This document shows positions 9,259 through 19,763 of a DNA stretch of 64,000 bases, in pieces. Position 1 is the stretch's first letter, and each line of letters begins with the position of its first letter. A program made the translations under genes and the position numbers. The stretch covers positions 19,377 to 83,376 of the IMG/VR virus record IMGVR_UViG_3300017735_002163; one strand, given 5' to 3'. The notes beneath the pieces were generated by a model. That model ran no database searches. It saw only the letters and a list, made by a program, of their open reading frames with translations, and was not told the origin of the DNA. Source of the stretch: a virus.

Positions 9259-9726
9259 TTATTTACGTTTTTTAGAAATACGTTTCTTTGAGTTACGTTT
9301 TTTGTTGGTTTGAAATATTTGATCTTCGTTAACTACTTTGAATCTTATACCTTTACGTTGACACCATTCCTGTGCGGCTGTCCATTTAGCGGCATTCTGT
9401 GCTACTGCTAATTGTTGACCTCTGCCTTTGGCGTTTTCCATTGTAGTTTGATTAGAAGGTTTTATTTCTATGAGTTCTACATTAGTACTGCCGTTTCTAT
9501 CGGTGTACTGTATCATAAAATCAGGTACATAATTTGCATACCTGTTTGTTAGTGGGTTCATGTAAGGAATTTTTACGTTTTCGCTGGCCCATTTGTGTAT
9601 GTTAGGATGGCTATCACACATACGCATGAATGCTAACTCCCAACTGCTACGATAATAAGGTTTTTTGTTACCTACGTACTTAGTAGGGTTTTCTACAGTG
9701 TATTCACCTTGTGCGAATCTACTCAT
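9259..9726 (-). CDS. gp4: head completion nuclease (gp4 / TnsA-N-like)
   Basis: YRSSWE, WASE, YVPDF, IEIKP, KW..A motifs. Confidence 0.9.
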   Translation of the reverse strand: MSRFAQGEYTVENPTKYVGNKKPYYRSSWELAFMRMCDSHPNIHKWASENVKIPYMNPLTNRYANYVPDFMIQYTDRNGSTNVELIEIKPSNQTTMENAKGRGQQLAVAQNAAKWTAAQEWCQRKGIRFKVVNEDQIFQTNKKRNSKKRISKKRK

Positions 9727-10154
9727 TTTTGTATTTGTGACTTAAATCTACTTTTGCTGTTAACAACAGGTGAAACTAATCCTATTTTGTTTCCTGCTGG
9801 TCGAAGTGTATTCATGACTTCATATGTATCAACTGTGAGTTTTAGTGCTTCATCACCAGTAGAAAAATAATCATGAGGACTAACACCTTCTGCTTGTGAA
9901 ACTTGTATTAGTATTGATGCCATAGTTTTTGCTTTTGCATCAGCAAAACCTATCTTTTGTAGTCGTGTTGTGATTGTATCAAGTTCTACAGGATTAATGT
10001 GTCTTGTATCAGCAAGATTTTCTAATATATCAACACTTGCCTCAGGCAAAGGAAACTTAATAGTAGCATTTTCTAAATAAGCAACCAACGTGCCTTGGGT
10101 AACTTGATACTTTACTTCGTTACCAAATGTTGTGTATAAACTTGTGCTTGGCAC
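9723..10154 (-). CDS. hypothetical protein, 143 aa
   Basis: Translationally coupled to both neighbours. Confidence 0.7.
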   Translation of the reverse strand: MPSTSLYTTFGNEVKYQVTQGTLVAYLENATIKFPLPEASVDILENLADTRHINPVELDTITTRLQKIGFADAKAKTMASILIQVSQAEGVSPHDYFSTGDEALKLTVDTYEVMNTLRPAGNKIGLVSPVVNSKSRFKSQIQK

Positions 10155-11416
10155 TATTCACCACCTCCGTCGCTGTCGTTGAATCTTGTACCACGTTCTT
10201 GAACTGTTGCGTTTATAACTCTATTTTGTACTACTCTAAGTGTATTTTCTTTTACGTTACCGCCACTTATCAAAGAAGTTAATGCTGTATCAAGTATTTC
10301 TCCAAATATTCCGCCCGGAGAATCATCTTCTGCTAAATCTGCCGCGGATGGCATAAGTGCGGCACTGCCGTATGTAGCCAACAAATTAGGATCATCTCTG
10401 TTTAATGCAGTACTAACTACTTCGGCTGGAGGTGCTTCAGCGGCCTCTTGGCCTGTGCCATCATCAGACTCTGTCTCTGAGCCTTCTTCTTCTACTACTG
10501 GCGTACCAGCGTTTGCTTGTACAAATGCTGACCTCGGTCTACCTGATAATATAGGATCAAGATCTGTATTGCCTAACTGTGCAAATATTGTGTCTTTGGA
10601 TTCTGCTTGTTTTTCAAACAACTCGCCTTTTAGTTGTATTCCTGTTTTGTCAAATCTTTCTAAATCTTGAGGTGACATGTCTTCATTGAATTTACTATAT
10701 GTTGTAAATCGTTCGTAATCAAATGCTAAATCAAATCCCATTGCTTCACTTGATGCATAATCAATTGAGCTTGGTTTAAAACTTGATAACTTAGGATTAT
10801 GTAAACTGTATTGTACTAATTTTTGTCCGTGATATAAAACAATATCTATTCTTTCAAAAAAGTGAGGATCAATTTGTGCATTTATGCCTGCTCTATTACT
10901 GTCCCATAAACTACCAGCACCAAAACCATCGTCATTTACTTCAAATCCTCCACGTCGATCCACACTGCCTTCTATATCTCTGCTTGTACCATCCTGTTTA
11001 TTTCTCGGATCCATGAAATGATATGCAAAGTATTTCATTAGTACAGTGAGCCATTCGTTGCCTATTGTATCAAACACAGTCATGCTAACAGGATTATAAG
11101 TTACACCTGTTTGTATAATTTTTTTCCTGTTGTATGAATTTTTTATTTCTGTTTGAAAGTCAACACTGGGTAGTTCTGCTGTTCTAACAAGACTACTAAT
11201 GGTAGTACCAAACGCTTTATCTCCGCCTGGTCCTCCAGAGGGATCATCGATTAAGTTATTGAAAAGAGAACGGTTAAGAATAAAGTTTACATAGCCGTTG
11301 AATTGCTGACGAGGGGGGTTTACATCAGGCCTAAATCTGTATGCATTTTTAAAGTCTCTTAAAAAATAAGACCCGCCACCGTTATCAAATCCTAATAAGT
11401 CTAATATGCCTGACAT
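10154..11416 (-). CDS. tail-tube-fold protein (tube initiator, gp48/gp54-like)
   Basis: VRTAELPS..YNRK..YNPVSMTVFD tube-like pattern; follows the tail tube gene. Confidence 0.6.
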   Translation of the reverse strand: MSGILDLLGFDNGGGSYFLRDFKNAYRFRPDVNPPRQQFNGYVNFILNRSLFNNLIDDPSGGPGGDKAFGTTISSLVRTAELPSVDFQTEIKNSYNRKKIIQTGVTYNPVSMTVFDTIGNEWLTVLMKYFAYHFMDPRNKQDGTSRDIEGSVDRRGGFEVNDDGFGAGSLWDSNRAGINAQIDPHFFERIDIVLYHGQKLVQYSLHNPKLSSFKPSSIDYASSEAMGFDLAFDYERFTTYSKFNEDMSPQDLERFDKTGIQLKGELFEKQAESKDTIFAQLGNTDLDPILSGRPRSAFVQANAGTPVVEEEGSETESDDGTGQEAAEAPPAEVVSTALNRDDPNLLATYGSAALMPSAADLAEDDSPGGIFGEILDTALTSLISGGNVKENTLRVVQNRVINATVQERGTRFNDSDGGGE

Positions 11417-11430
11417 GTATTGTAAACCTT

Positions 11431-11463
11431 AAAAAAATATTGAGGGCATTGACCCTCAATATT
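11431..11463 (-). terminator. intrinsic terminator after tail tube
   Basis: AATATTGAGGG/CCCTCAATATT stem with a T run on the minus strand. Confidence 0.75.
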
Positions 11464-11477
11464 ATTTATGCGTTATA

Positions 11478-12119
11478 TTATGCGCCGGTACCAGTTGTGA
11501 TTTCTGGAGTAGACTGAGGCATTGGGTTGCCGCCTTCTGTTCTACCGTTGATTGAGTTGTCACCATTATAATGTGTTGCATTATCGTAACGAATCTGCAT
11601 AGTAATAGTAACTGGGTCTGTAGCCGCATAGTCACTTTCACTGTAATCAACGTTTGTTAAGAAACAGCCTTCCAAGAACCAAACTTCAGTTGCGCCGACA
11701 TTCACACCATCAAGTATTTCGATATGCATATCGAACTTATAGTCTCCGCCTGCGGCTGGAGTTGTTTGTTGGTAGTGATTTAATTGTCGTTGTATCTGAG
11801 CACCTACTATGTTTGTTGTTTGGTTAGTGATATCATCACGTACCATCAACGTAACCTGTTCCCAACTGTGCTTACCTTGAATGTAAGAACGTGAGTTGTA
11901 ACTATCAAGTATCACTTCTTCATAAGTAATCTTTGGACGTCCAACGCTCATTACATTTTGGGTCAATACAGTGGATTGTGGTTTACCTGCAAATCCGCCT
12001 AACATAGTTACACGGAATCGATATTTTAATTTAGGCATTAAAATACCGGAACCAGATGCACTGTTTCCTATAGGCACACCAAATTTGCTTTTGGTTTCAA
12101 TTGTTTGTATATTTGCCAT
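11478..12119 (-). CDS. gp19: tail tube protein
   Basis: PKLKYRFRV, GKHSW, LEGCFL, IRYDNA; directly after sheath. Confidence 0.85.
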   Translation of the reverse strand: MANIQTIETKSKFGVPIGNSASGSGILMPKLKYRFRVTMLGGFAGKPQSTVLTQNVMSVGRPKITYEEVILDSYNSRSYIQGKHSWEQVTLMVRDDITNQTTNIVGAQIQRQLNHYQQTTPAAGGDYKFDMHIEILDGVNVGATEVWFLEGCFLTNVDYSESDYAATDPVTITMQIRYDNATHYNGDNSINGRTEGGNPMPQSTPEITTGTGA

Positions 12120-12225
12120 TGTTGTTCTCCTACGAACGTTTTAAAATAATAATACTAATTGTATCTTATGCTTTTATTTATCTGTTTTTGTGAATTTTAA
12201 TTAACAACTATTATAATACAGCCAT

Positions 12226-12252
12226 AAAAAAGGGCGATAAAAACCGCCCTTT
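12226..12252 (-). terminator. intrinsic terminator after tail sheath
   Basis: AAAGGGCG/CGCCCTTT stem plus T run. Confidence 0.75.
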
Positions 12253-12274
12253 AAAGTTATAACTGACTGTTATA

Positions 12275-15088
12275 TTAACCAGTTTGACCCAATGTGTTTT
12301 GTACACGAATCGGAATGTAGATAAATTCAACTGATTTGACAGGCTGTATAGCAATGTCAACGTGCAATTCGTTTCTATCTATTCTTGCTGGTGTATTGTT
12401 TGATGTATCACAAACTGTTAAGAAGTCAAATAGACCTCGTTGTGTTACAAGGTTTCCAAGGAAACGATCAACTAATACTTTAGCATTCTGACGTGTTACT
12501 TCATCATTTGGTTCAAATAAGAATGGCTTAACGATATCGTCAAGTCTTTCTCTAATGTACACAACTAAACGTGCAACATTAACTCTGTCCAACGCACTTG
12601 CTGTTGGGTTAAGAGTCTTTTGACCAAATACTGCAAGGCCTCTTCCTGGGAAGTTGCCAATTGGGTTAATTTTGTTACTGTAAAGACTGTCTCTTTGACC
12701 TTCACTTAAACTAACTGCTGTCCACTTACCTGTTGTTGCATCAATGTAACCAACGCCGGAAGCATTTGAAACAAGACCTCTTTGGAAGCCTGCTGGTGCA
12801 AACCAAGGGAATGATACCTGGTCGTTATATGCAATAGTTCTTAAAGCAATATGTGAACCTGGTACTGCAACACTTGAACCGTCTAAGTTAGAAGCAAGAC
12901 CATGTGGATAGTAAACACCCATGTAAGGTGAACTTGATAAAAGTCCCTCTTCGCCGTTTTCAAGAGCAACATTACTGTTGTTTGCCCACGCCGCTGTGCT
13001 GGATGAATCTGCCGCTAATCTAAATGGTGCGTCTGCAACAATAAATGCTGTTTCTTTACGATCTACATTTAAAGCAATCATTTCGTCTGCTAATTCAGGA
13101 TAACCTGGAGAAGCAATTAGATTGAAACGATTTGTTTCATTTCTGATTTCTGTGTTAGTGCTGATAGCCGATTGTAAACCTTGTACAACTGCTCTTCTCT
13201 GTGCTTTACGCAACATATATGGAGAACCGTCTGCTTTTTGTCCACTGTAGTCTACCCATCTGTCACCAATAAGTGTTCCGCCTACTGTGTAAGCCACGTT
13301 CCACTGCTTAACGTTACCGCCACTTGCTCTCTTATTCCATGCTAAAATATTAGTTGGATATAAGTCGGCGTTTAGTGCGTCTCCGTCAATTGATGATGAT
13401 GCTGATGCTCTAAAGTCACCAAACACAATACCTGCGTCACTTACTTGATCAGTGTTGTCAATTGCTACCCATAAAGCAGATGCTCTTTTGTACATCTTAG
13501 GATAGTTTTCTAAGTCACTGCTGTCAACCCAAATGTCGCCGTCTACTAATGCACTTGCGCCATCTGATTGTACTGTTGGCTCACTTGCCGCAACGTTAAC
13601 ATCATATGCCCAAGTAGCCCATGTGCCACCGTTGTTATATAAAATGTCAATGCTGTCATCTGATACAACACTGTCATACCATAATGTACCGTCAGTTAGT
13701 GTACCTGTGATTGCTGTTGCACTTGCTTCAAAACTTAAGGCTTCCCAGTTACTGTAAGGAGTATCTGCAACAAGATTTAAATCTGTTGGATCAAATCCAC
13801 CTACATCACCTGCTTTAAGTTCAAGATCGTAACCTGCACTACTTGTGATAGTGATTTTACCTGCAACGTTAGCCACTGCAACTTTATCAGAGAATGTATC
13901 TGCCGCTACTGCTGTGCTTAATGCTGAGTTAAATCCTGCAACCATTTCGTCAACACTTAGGAATCCGTCTGTGTCTACGTCAAAGTTATGGAATGTTACT
14001 GCAATTTCACCTGAAGCACCATTAACGTCATCTCTGTCGTTAACAATTAACTTGACTGCTGTAGTACCGTTAGTATGAGCTGTAGCCGATGTTGCTGTAT
14101 CACTTAATGCCGCTGTTGATTGAGCAGTAAGAGTTTGTGCGCCGTTGTGTCTTTTAATTGACACTGTAGCATCTGCACTTGAATAATCTACCCAAATGTC
14201 ACCAGTTGATAATACTGGATAAGCCGCAAATGCTTGGTAAGAATGTTCTTTACCTTCGACTGTTTCTAACACCCACTGTCCTGTTGAACTGTTGTAAACT
14301 TTAACTACAACGTCTGTTCCACTGTTTGGCTTGTTAGTTTGTAAATATAAATCACCACTTGCTAATGCACCACCACCTGATTTAGTAGTAGGTACTGATG
14401 TATGAGGAGCAACTTGGAAATCTTTTGATCCACTTGCTGTGTCCCATGCTGTGGAACCAATGTGGTACCATGTGCCTGATAATTTATTATATAGTTTGAT
14501 ATCTGCAAGTGAGGCGCCTGCCGCATCTTGATAGACAACACAGTAATCGCCGTCAACACCAAATGCCGCTTTAGGCTCTGAGCCTGCTGTTACATCTGCT
14601 GGTGCAGGTTGCTTAACTGTTTGCTTGACCCATGCACTACCGTTGAACTGCTTTAGTCCCCAAACTGTTGATGCTGTGTCTAACCAATACGCTCCATTGT
14701 TAGGACGTGATGTAGGTGCTGAAGATCTTGCTTCTAATTCACCTAAGTCTACGTCTGCTCTTAAAACGTATGCTCTGTTGGCTAAGCCTAAGAAACTATA
14801 AGCGGCCATTAAACCATATTCGTTTAGTTCATGTCCGTGTAATTGAGTTCCACTGCTTGCCTTGAATGTTGGATTACCATAGTTAGTTAATAGTTCTCTC
14901 TGCGAAGTGATAAGTTTTACGTTACCTGCTTCTGCCGATGCCGTGAATGCCGCTGTACTACCTGCTGGAGCACTTTTATCTTGTGCTGTAGCGATAATAA
15001 TAAGTGGAACTGTACCTGTTCCAGCCGCCGCATAAAAGGATTCGTCAGTGACACTAATGCTAACACCTGGTGATGTTAATTCTGCCAT
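12275..15088 (-). CDS. gp18: contractile tail sheath protein, 937 aa, with large inserted domains
   Basis: LTSPGVS N-terminus; WFAPAG..RG, INPI, GQKT, DRVNVARL, FEPND, EFIYI C-terminal motifs. Confidence 0.95.
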   Translation of the reverse strand: MAELTSPGVSISVTDESFYAAAGTGTVPLIIIATAQDKSAPAGSTAAFTASAEAGNVKLITSQRELLTNYGNPTFKASSGTQLHGHELNEYGLMAAYSFLGLANRAYVLRADVDLGELEARSSAPTSRPNNGAYWLDTASTVWGLKQFNGSAWVKQTVKQPAPADVTAGSEPKAAFGVDGDYCVVYQDAAGASLADIKLYNKLSGTWYHIGSTAWDTASGSKDFQVAPHTSVPTTKSGGGALASGDLYLQTNKPNSGTDVVVKVYNSSTGQWVLETVEGKEHSYQAFAAYPVLSTGDIWVDYSSADATVSIKRHNGAQTLTAQSTAALSDTATSATAHTNGTTAVKLIVNDRDDVNGASGEIAVTFHNFDVDTDGFLSVDEMVAGFNSALSTAVAADTFSDKVAVANVAGKITITSSAGYDLELKAGDVGGFDPTDLNLVADTPYSNWEALSFEASATAITGTLTDGTLWYDSVVSDDSIDILYNNGGTWATWAYDVNVAASEPTVQSDGASALVDGDIWVDSSDLENYPKMYKRASALWVAIDNTDQVSDAGIVFGDFRASASSSIDGDALNADLYPTNILAWNKRASGGNVKQWNVAYTVGGTLIGDRWVDYSGQKADGSPYMLRKAQRRAVVQGLQSAISTNTEIRNETNRFNLIASPGYPELADEMIALNVDRKETAFIVADAPFRLAADSSSTAAWANNSNVALENGEEGLLSSSPYMGVYYPHGLASNLDGSSVAVPGSHIALRTIAYNDQVSFPWFAPAGFQRGLVSNASGVGYIDATTGKWTAVSLSEGQRDSLYSNKINPIGNFPGRGLAVFGQKTLNPTASALDRVNVARLVVYIRERLDDIVKPFLFEPNDEVTRQNAKVLVDRFLGNLVTQRGLFDFLTVCDTSNNTPARIDRNELHVDIAIQPVKSVEFIYIPIRVQNTLGQTG

Positions 15089-15250
15089 TTTATTTCTCCC
15101 ATTTTAAATTTAAAATATATGGACAAGTATCTCTACTTGGCTACATGTATTTATGACATTTAGAAGATTTTATGGCGTTTTGAAAGGTATTGACTGATAT
15201 TAGACGGTATTAGGTAGTATTATTTTTAGCAATATAACTAAATACAACGA

Positions 15251-15910
15251 TTAAATAACTTTAAGTTCTCTGAACTCTCCAGTGTCCCAATTCCTTATAT
15301 TATCCACTTGATGCTGTAAGTCTTGTAATGTACCATTGTTGTTTATGACATAATCACAAGGATAACCAGCCCAATTCCATTCACTTTCGTGAACATCTTT
15401 ATAAGTAGTTTCCATTATACGTCTGCTAACAACGTTAGTTGCTGACGTAGATGCTGTTTCAAACCAGTCTGGTAATTCACCTCGTTGCACCCAAATAATT
15501 TTTCCACCCATATTTTTAATAAGATCTAACTCATTTGTAAAACGTGCATCACTTATCACAACACAAGGTGCATCAGCACGTTGTTTCATTATGCGATATT
15601 CGAGACTGCTTAACCATATGTCTTCATTGAAATGATTACGCATTACTTCTGTGCCCATTAACTGTAATGCAAGACGTGGAGTAAAATTAGATATACCTAA
15701 TTTTTTTGTCCAATACATATCTGGCGTTTCTCTGAAGTCTCTGCTTTCAATAGTATCGCCTGTGAGTAACGATCTTTCCCAACCAAATATTGCTGAACAT
15801 ACATCTTTAAGTGGGGCGGCAAAACTGTCTTGCTGACAGCCTTTTTCTACAAACATTTTTGCTACGGTGTCTTTTCCTGATCCTATAAATCCGACTAAGC
15901 CTATTAGCAT
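15251..15910 (-). CDS. gp1: deoxynucleoside monophosphate kinase
   Basis: GFIGSGKDT P-loop, FAAPLK, PRLALQLMGTE, SDARF, HESE. Confidence 0.92.
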   Translation of the reverse strand: MLIGLVGFIGSGKDTVAKMFVEKGCQQDSFAAPLKDVCSAIFGWERSLLTGDTIESRDFRETPDMYWTKKLGISNFTPRLALQLMGTEVMRNHFNEDIWLSSLEYRIMKQRADAPCVVISDARFTNELDLIKNMGGKIIWVQRGELPDWFETASTSATNVVSRRIMETTYKDVHESEWNWAGYPCDYVINNNGTLQDLQHQVDNIRNWDTGEFRELKVI

Positions 15911-15915
15911 AAATT

Positions 15916-16677
15916 TTATCCTATAATAAATCCAAGCGGTAAATTACCTTCTTCCATATTGTGTACTGATTGAATCAGCGACTCTATTTCAGCCTGTGCT
16001 TCACCTTTGAGTGTTTCACCGTTAAGTTGTATTGCGCCGCCGGCTCCTGGTAGTCCTGAAGCATACTTGCTTCTTGCTTCACCTAACATCTGTTTAGCAG
16101 ATGCTAATGTCCAGTCTGCTAACCACTTGCCTGCATACACATCATTTAACAGCATGTGTTCTGGTATGAAATTATACACACCAACTGCTACTTCCTCATC
16201 GACTGCTACGTTGCGTAGAATCTTTAACACCTTAGTGTTCCTGTTCCAGAGGAAATTATATTCGCTACCAAAGATACGACCAATTGTTTCTTTGTATTGT
16301 GAGAATGCATCAAAAGTTGCTAAGCCTCCAATCTGGCCTGCGTTTAGTAGATACATGTTATTGAATGCTACATCAAATGGATCAAAATTACTACCGGATC
16401 CACTGTTAGTTCCAACACCTCGTCGATATAATCTGCGTACTTCCATTACCTCATTAGGTAAGGTATACTCAGTTGTGTTAGGTTGCGTTTGAATAAAGAT
16501 AACACTCTCTTCTACAGCACCTGAACTTAACTGTCTATATTTTTTTAATGCTTGATCAATCGCAACATCGTAATGTTCACGATCTAATTCCACATCAACA
16601 ACGCCATCAGCAAGACGTAATTGCGTCTCTTTGATAAGCTCTTCTCTGTTGTTATATCCTATTTGGTCTTTTGGCAT
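15916..16677 (-). CDS. gp13: neck protein gp13-like (start revised to MPKDQ)
   Basis: LRL...DVEL, LGEARSKY..LPG...LNG motifs; ATG 5 nt after GATAAATA. Confidence 0.85.
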   Translation of the reverse strand: MPKDQIGYNNREELIKETQLRLADGVVDVELDREHYDVAIDQALKKYRQLSSGAVEESVIFIQTQPNTTEYTLPNEVMEVRRLYRRGVGTNSGSGSNFDPFDVAFNNMYLLNAGQIGGLATFDAFSQYKETIGRIFGSEYNFLWNRNTKVLKILRNVAVDEEVAVGVYNFIPEHMLLNDVYAGKWLADWTLASAKQMLGEARSKYASGLPGAGGAIQLNGETLKGEAQAEIESLIQSVHNMEEGNLPLGFIIG

Positions 16678-16700
16678 AACACTATTTATCACTTATTTGA

Positions 16701-17834
16701 CTAAAAGGTCTTAAGAATGATTGTGTTTTCGTTAAATCTGCCATTTAATACAGTATCTGTGGTTTTGATGTCGTCGAATGCTTTTTGATACTTTGTTTTA
16801 GCATTACCCTTAAACAACTTTAGTTGCTCTGCTGGTTTACGTAATGTTTTTTGTCTACTTTTAAGAGCATCAAATTCTTGTAAGGTAGTGCCTTTAACAC
16901 TGATGCCTGTTTTTAATGCTTCAACATAGTAAATACCAATCTTTCTTGTTTTAGTATTATAGACCCAAACTTCAGTAGAATCAATTATTTCTGTTGGATT
17001 AACACTTGCAATACCTAAGTCACTGTCGTTAATTTGGTACTTTAATTTGCTGACTATCTTGTCTCTGCTTACTGCTTTTGGCTTACGAGGCTTACGACTT
17101 GCTTTACCTGTAGCAATAAATGTATCACATGCAGTGTTTATTTTTTCATAGAACTCTAAAAATGCTTTACGTAATTTAGGTGAAAAATTGCTGTATGCTT
17201 CTTTGATTTCTTCGTCTTTCCATTCAGCAACTATCATTGCTTCTGCATATTCATTCTCATACATGTCTTTGATAATCTTTGCATGGTTGGGTTTGATTAC
17301 ACCACCTGCGTATGCTCTCATATCATTGTATGGATCAAATTCTTTTAATGTTTTATTACCGTCAATTAAGTCATCTAATAAACCGTCCCATTCCCCACAT
17401 AAATTTGCAACTTGCTCACGCATACGTTCTTGTATGCTGATAACTACTTTTGGTTTCTCTTTTTCCTTTTCTTCTTTTTCTTCGAGAATTGTTAGACCAC
17501 GTTCATACCATTCAACTTTACGTTTTTCAATATATGCTCTCATAACCTCTGGCATGAATCCTAACTTAGATTCTAAGTAGACTGCCGTTGCTGATGTGCT
17601 CCATGCCCAATCAGGATTTCGCAGGATAACATCAACCTCTGCCTTTTCCCAACCTGACGATTCTTTCATCCACTTGCGGAAGATTGTATTTTTTAATTTG
17701 TCAGAAATTTCAGTACGAGCAAAGTAGTCGCAATCACGGAATACCTTCTCATGCTTTTCTGGTGGGGTGTCTTTAAAATTTTTCCAGACAGGTTCTGGTG
17801 TCAAATAAATATTCTTTGCTTTTCTTTTTGCCAT
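16701..17834 (-). CDS. hypothetical basic protein, 377 aa
   Basis: VWVYNTKTRK, KTLRKP, LNGRFNE C-terminal block; own TTGACA-16-TATACT promoter at 17866-17893. Confidence 0.7.
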   Translation of the reverse strand: MAKRKAKNIYLTPEPVWKNFKDTPPEKHEKVFRDCDYFARTEISDKLKNTIFRKWMKESSGWEKAEVDVILRNPDWAWSTSATAVYLESKLGFMPEVMRAYIEKRKVEWYERGLTILEEKEEKEKEKPKVVISIQERMREQVANLCGEWDGLLDDLIDGNKTLKEFDPYNDMRAYAGGVIKPNHAKIIKDMYENEYAEAMIVAEWKDEEIKEAYSNFSPKLRKAFLEFYEKINTACDTFIATGKASRKPRKPKAVSRDKIVSKLKYQINDSDLGIASVNPTEIIDSTEVWVYNTKTRKIGIYYVEALKTGISVKGTTLQEFDALKSRQKTLRKPAEQLKLFKGNAKTKYQKAFDDIKTTDTVLNGRFNENTIILKTF

Positions 17835-17879
17835 ATCCTTTACTACTCTTACAATAAACTGCGTTAGTATAACACATCA

Positions 17880-19763
17880 TTATGCTTTGTCAATGATGTT
17901 ACTTAAATAACCTCTTCTGCGTCTAAACAAAAGATTGTCCACATGTTCTTTCATGTTTTCCGGGAACATATTTGTTCTGTCACTTACTATATAAGTCGAC
18001 GGGGTCATGTCAAGTTCAATTTTTTGGTCTTGTACGTAATCCCAGAGGTTAGTAAAGGTATTTATAGATTCTGAGTTAAAACGTGTGTTTTTGAATTGTT
18101 TTATACGTTTTATAGTTATATTTCTATAATCTGCAAGGATTTGCTCGGGGGTGTCAGGATATTGTTGTTGTGTGTAATCGCTAACACATTGTATAGCATA
18201 TTCTAATAAGTCTTCGTTTTGCAATGTAGACATCAAACTGATAATAATTTGCCAACTGTCAAATTTGTAGTCTTTGCTTTTGAGTGAAAAGTATCCGGTT
18301 CTGTGCCATTTGTGTATGCCGTCTCTGATTCTATCTTCCAGTTGGATAAACACAGGGTTGCGTTTGAACTCTAAAAACAATCCTTCATAAAATTCTTTGT
18401 AAGTGGTATTACCCTGTTTAACCAATGCTCTCGATATTATATCGGATATACCTTGTGTGTGCAAACCTGTTATGTACCATGCTGTGATAAATGCTTCTAT
18501 GATATCTGATTCAGACATAGTGCTGGTACTTTTTATAATAGGCACGTCTTCGTCAGGCACCTTTGAGTTGAAGTCATTGGTTTCGTAAAACATGTCATGT
18601 GCAATAAATGTTTCCAATTGATACTTTTCAATATCCTGTTGCATTGGTGCATTTTCTAACATGTTTAACAGGAACACGTCGAGCCCACTGTGTAGTCCTG
18701 CATCAAGCACATCATAATAAACATTCTTAATGGTGTCAAGTGTTTCGGTTGGTAATCCAACAATTATTTCTGTGAGAATAGAGATTTGATTTTTTATTCC
18801 TAAGTCTGTGATGTCTCGTATATCATTAATACCCATGTTGGTACGTTTAATTGCTTCTAATACGTTTGGGGTAGTTGTTTGTAAACTTAAAGTAAATCCA
18901 CTTCCTACTCCTGCTTCTTGAAACTTTCTAATGATGCCAAACACATCTGCATTACTGTTTTTAGCATAACTCACACTGAGACCTGTTGGAACTGAATACA
19001 GTTTTTTAGACTCTACTATTTTATCTGCTATGAGATTATCTCTTTCTCTGAACACACCGTAGTTTGCATTTGTGAGATTAATGAAAGGTAGACCGTTTTT
19101 GGCAAACCATTCTATTTCAGCAAACACTCGATCTAATTTAAATTTAATAATTTTACTGTTAGTTGCACTACCCCAATCACAAAATGTACATCTATAAGGA
19201 CAACCTCTGTCTGTCTCTAAAGTAGGCACCCATTCTATATCTGGGTAATCTGTGAGGAAGTGATCGAACACACCATCCAGATAAGGACTGGGTGTTTCTA
19301 ATTTTTTAAGACGTTCAACAGTGTGTGTTCGTGGTAGTTCTTTACCGTCTAAAATCATTAATAGCAATTCTTGTACACATACTTCACCCTCACCAATACA
19401 AATGGTGTCTATGTAAGGGTGTTCTATAAAGTAACTTGGACTTGTATGTGCAACTTCGGGGCCACCAATTAAACTTATAACAGCAGGATTAATTTCTTTG
19501 ACACGTTTTGCTAATTCATAAGTGTAGTTTTTATTCCACACATATAAACTGTACAACACTACATCACACTTGGCTAACTGCTGTGCTGTTTCTTCAACTG
19601 GGTCTCGTCTAAATGCCCAAACGTCTGCTGAAAAATGTTCTCTTATTTCTTCATTTTGTCTTGCATAGGCCCATAGCACACCAGAAGTGTAGGGCAAGTA
19701 GAAAGAATTTAGTATCTTGGGACCAGTTTGAAAATTTATTTGTGCTAACCCAAGAGAGAACAC
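17880..19763 (-). CDS. B12-binding radical SAM enzyme
   Basis: RGCPYRCTFCDW CxxxCxxC motif; N-terminal cobalamin-binding-like domain (YVWN, GGPEV). Confidence 0.9.
   Translation of the reverse strand: MFSLGLAQINFQTGPKILNSFYLPYTSGVLWAYARQNEEIREHFSADVWAFRRDPVEETAQQLAKCDVVLYSLYVWNKNYTYELAKRVKEINPAVISLIGGPEVAHTSPSYFIEHPYIDTICIGEGEVCVQELLLMILDGKELPRTHTVERLKKLETPSPYLDGVFDHFLTDYPDIEWVPTLETDRGCPYRCTFCDWGSATNSKIIKFKLDRVFAEIEWFAKNGLPFINLTNANYGVFRERDNLIADKIVESKKLYSVPTGLSVSYAKNSNADVFGIIRKFQEAGVGSGFTLSLQTTTPNVLEAIKRTNMGINDIRDITDLGIKNQISILTEIIVGLPTETLDTIKNVYYDVLDAGLHSGLDVFLLNMLENAPMQQDIEKYQLETFIAHDMFYETNDFNSKVPDEDVPIIKSTSTMSESDIIEAFITAWYITGLHTQGISDIISRALVKQGNTTYKEFYEGLFLEFKRNPVFIQLEDRIRDGIHKWHRTGYFSLKSKDYKFDSWQIIISLMSTLQNEDLLEYAIQCVSDYTQQQYPDTPEQILADYRNITIKRIKQFKNTRFNSESINTFTNLWDYVQDQKIELDMTPSTYIVSDRTNMFPENMKEHVDNLLFRRRRGYLSNIIDKA

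Noticed and set aside
9259-9726. Tn7 TnsA transposase / mobile element
   Set aside because: The fold is shared with T4 gp4 head completion nuclease; no tnsB/C or terminal repeats, and the context is structural.
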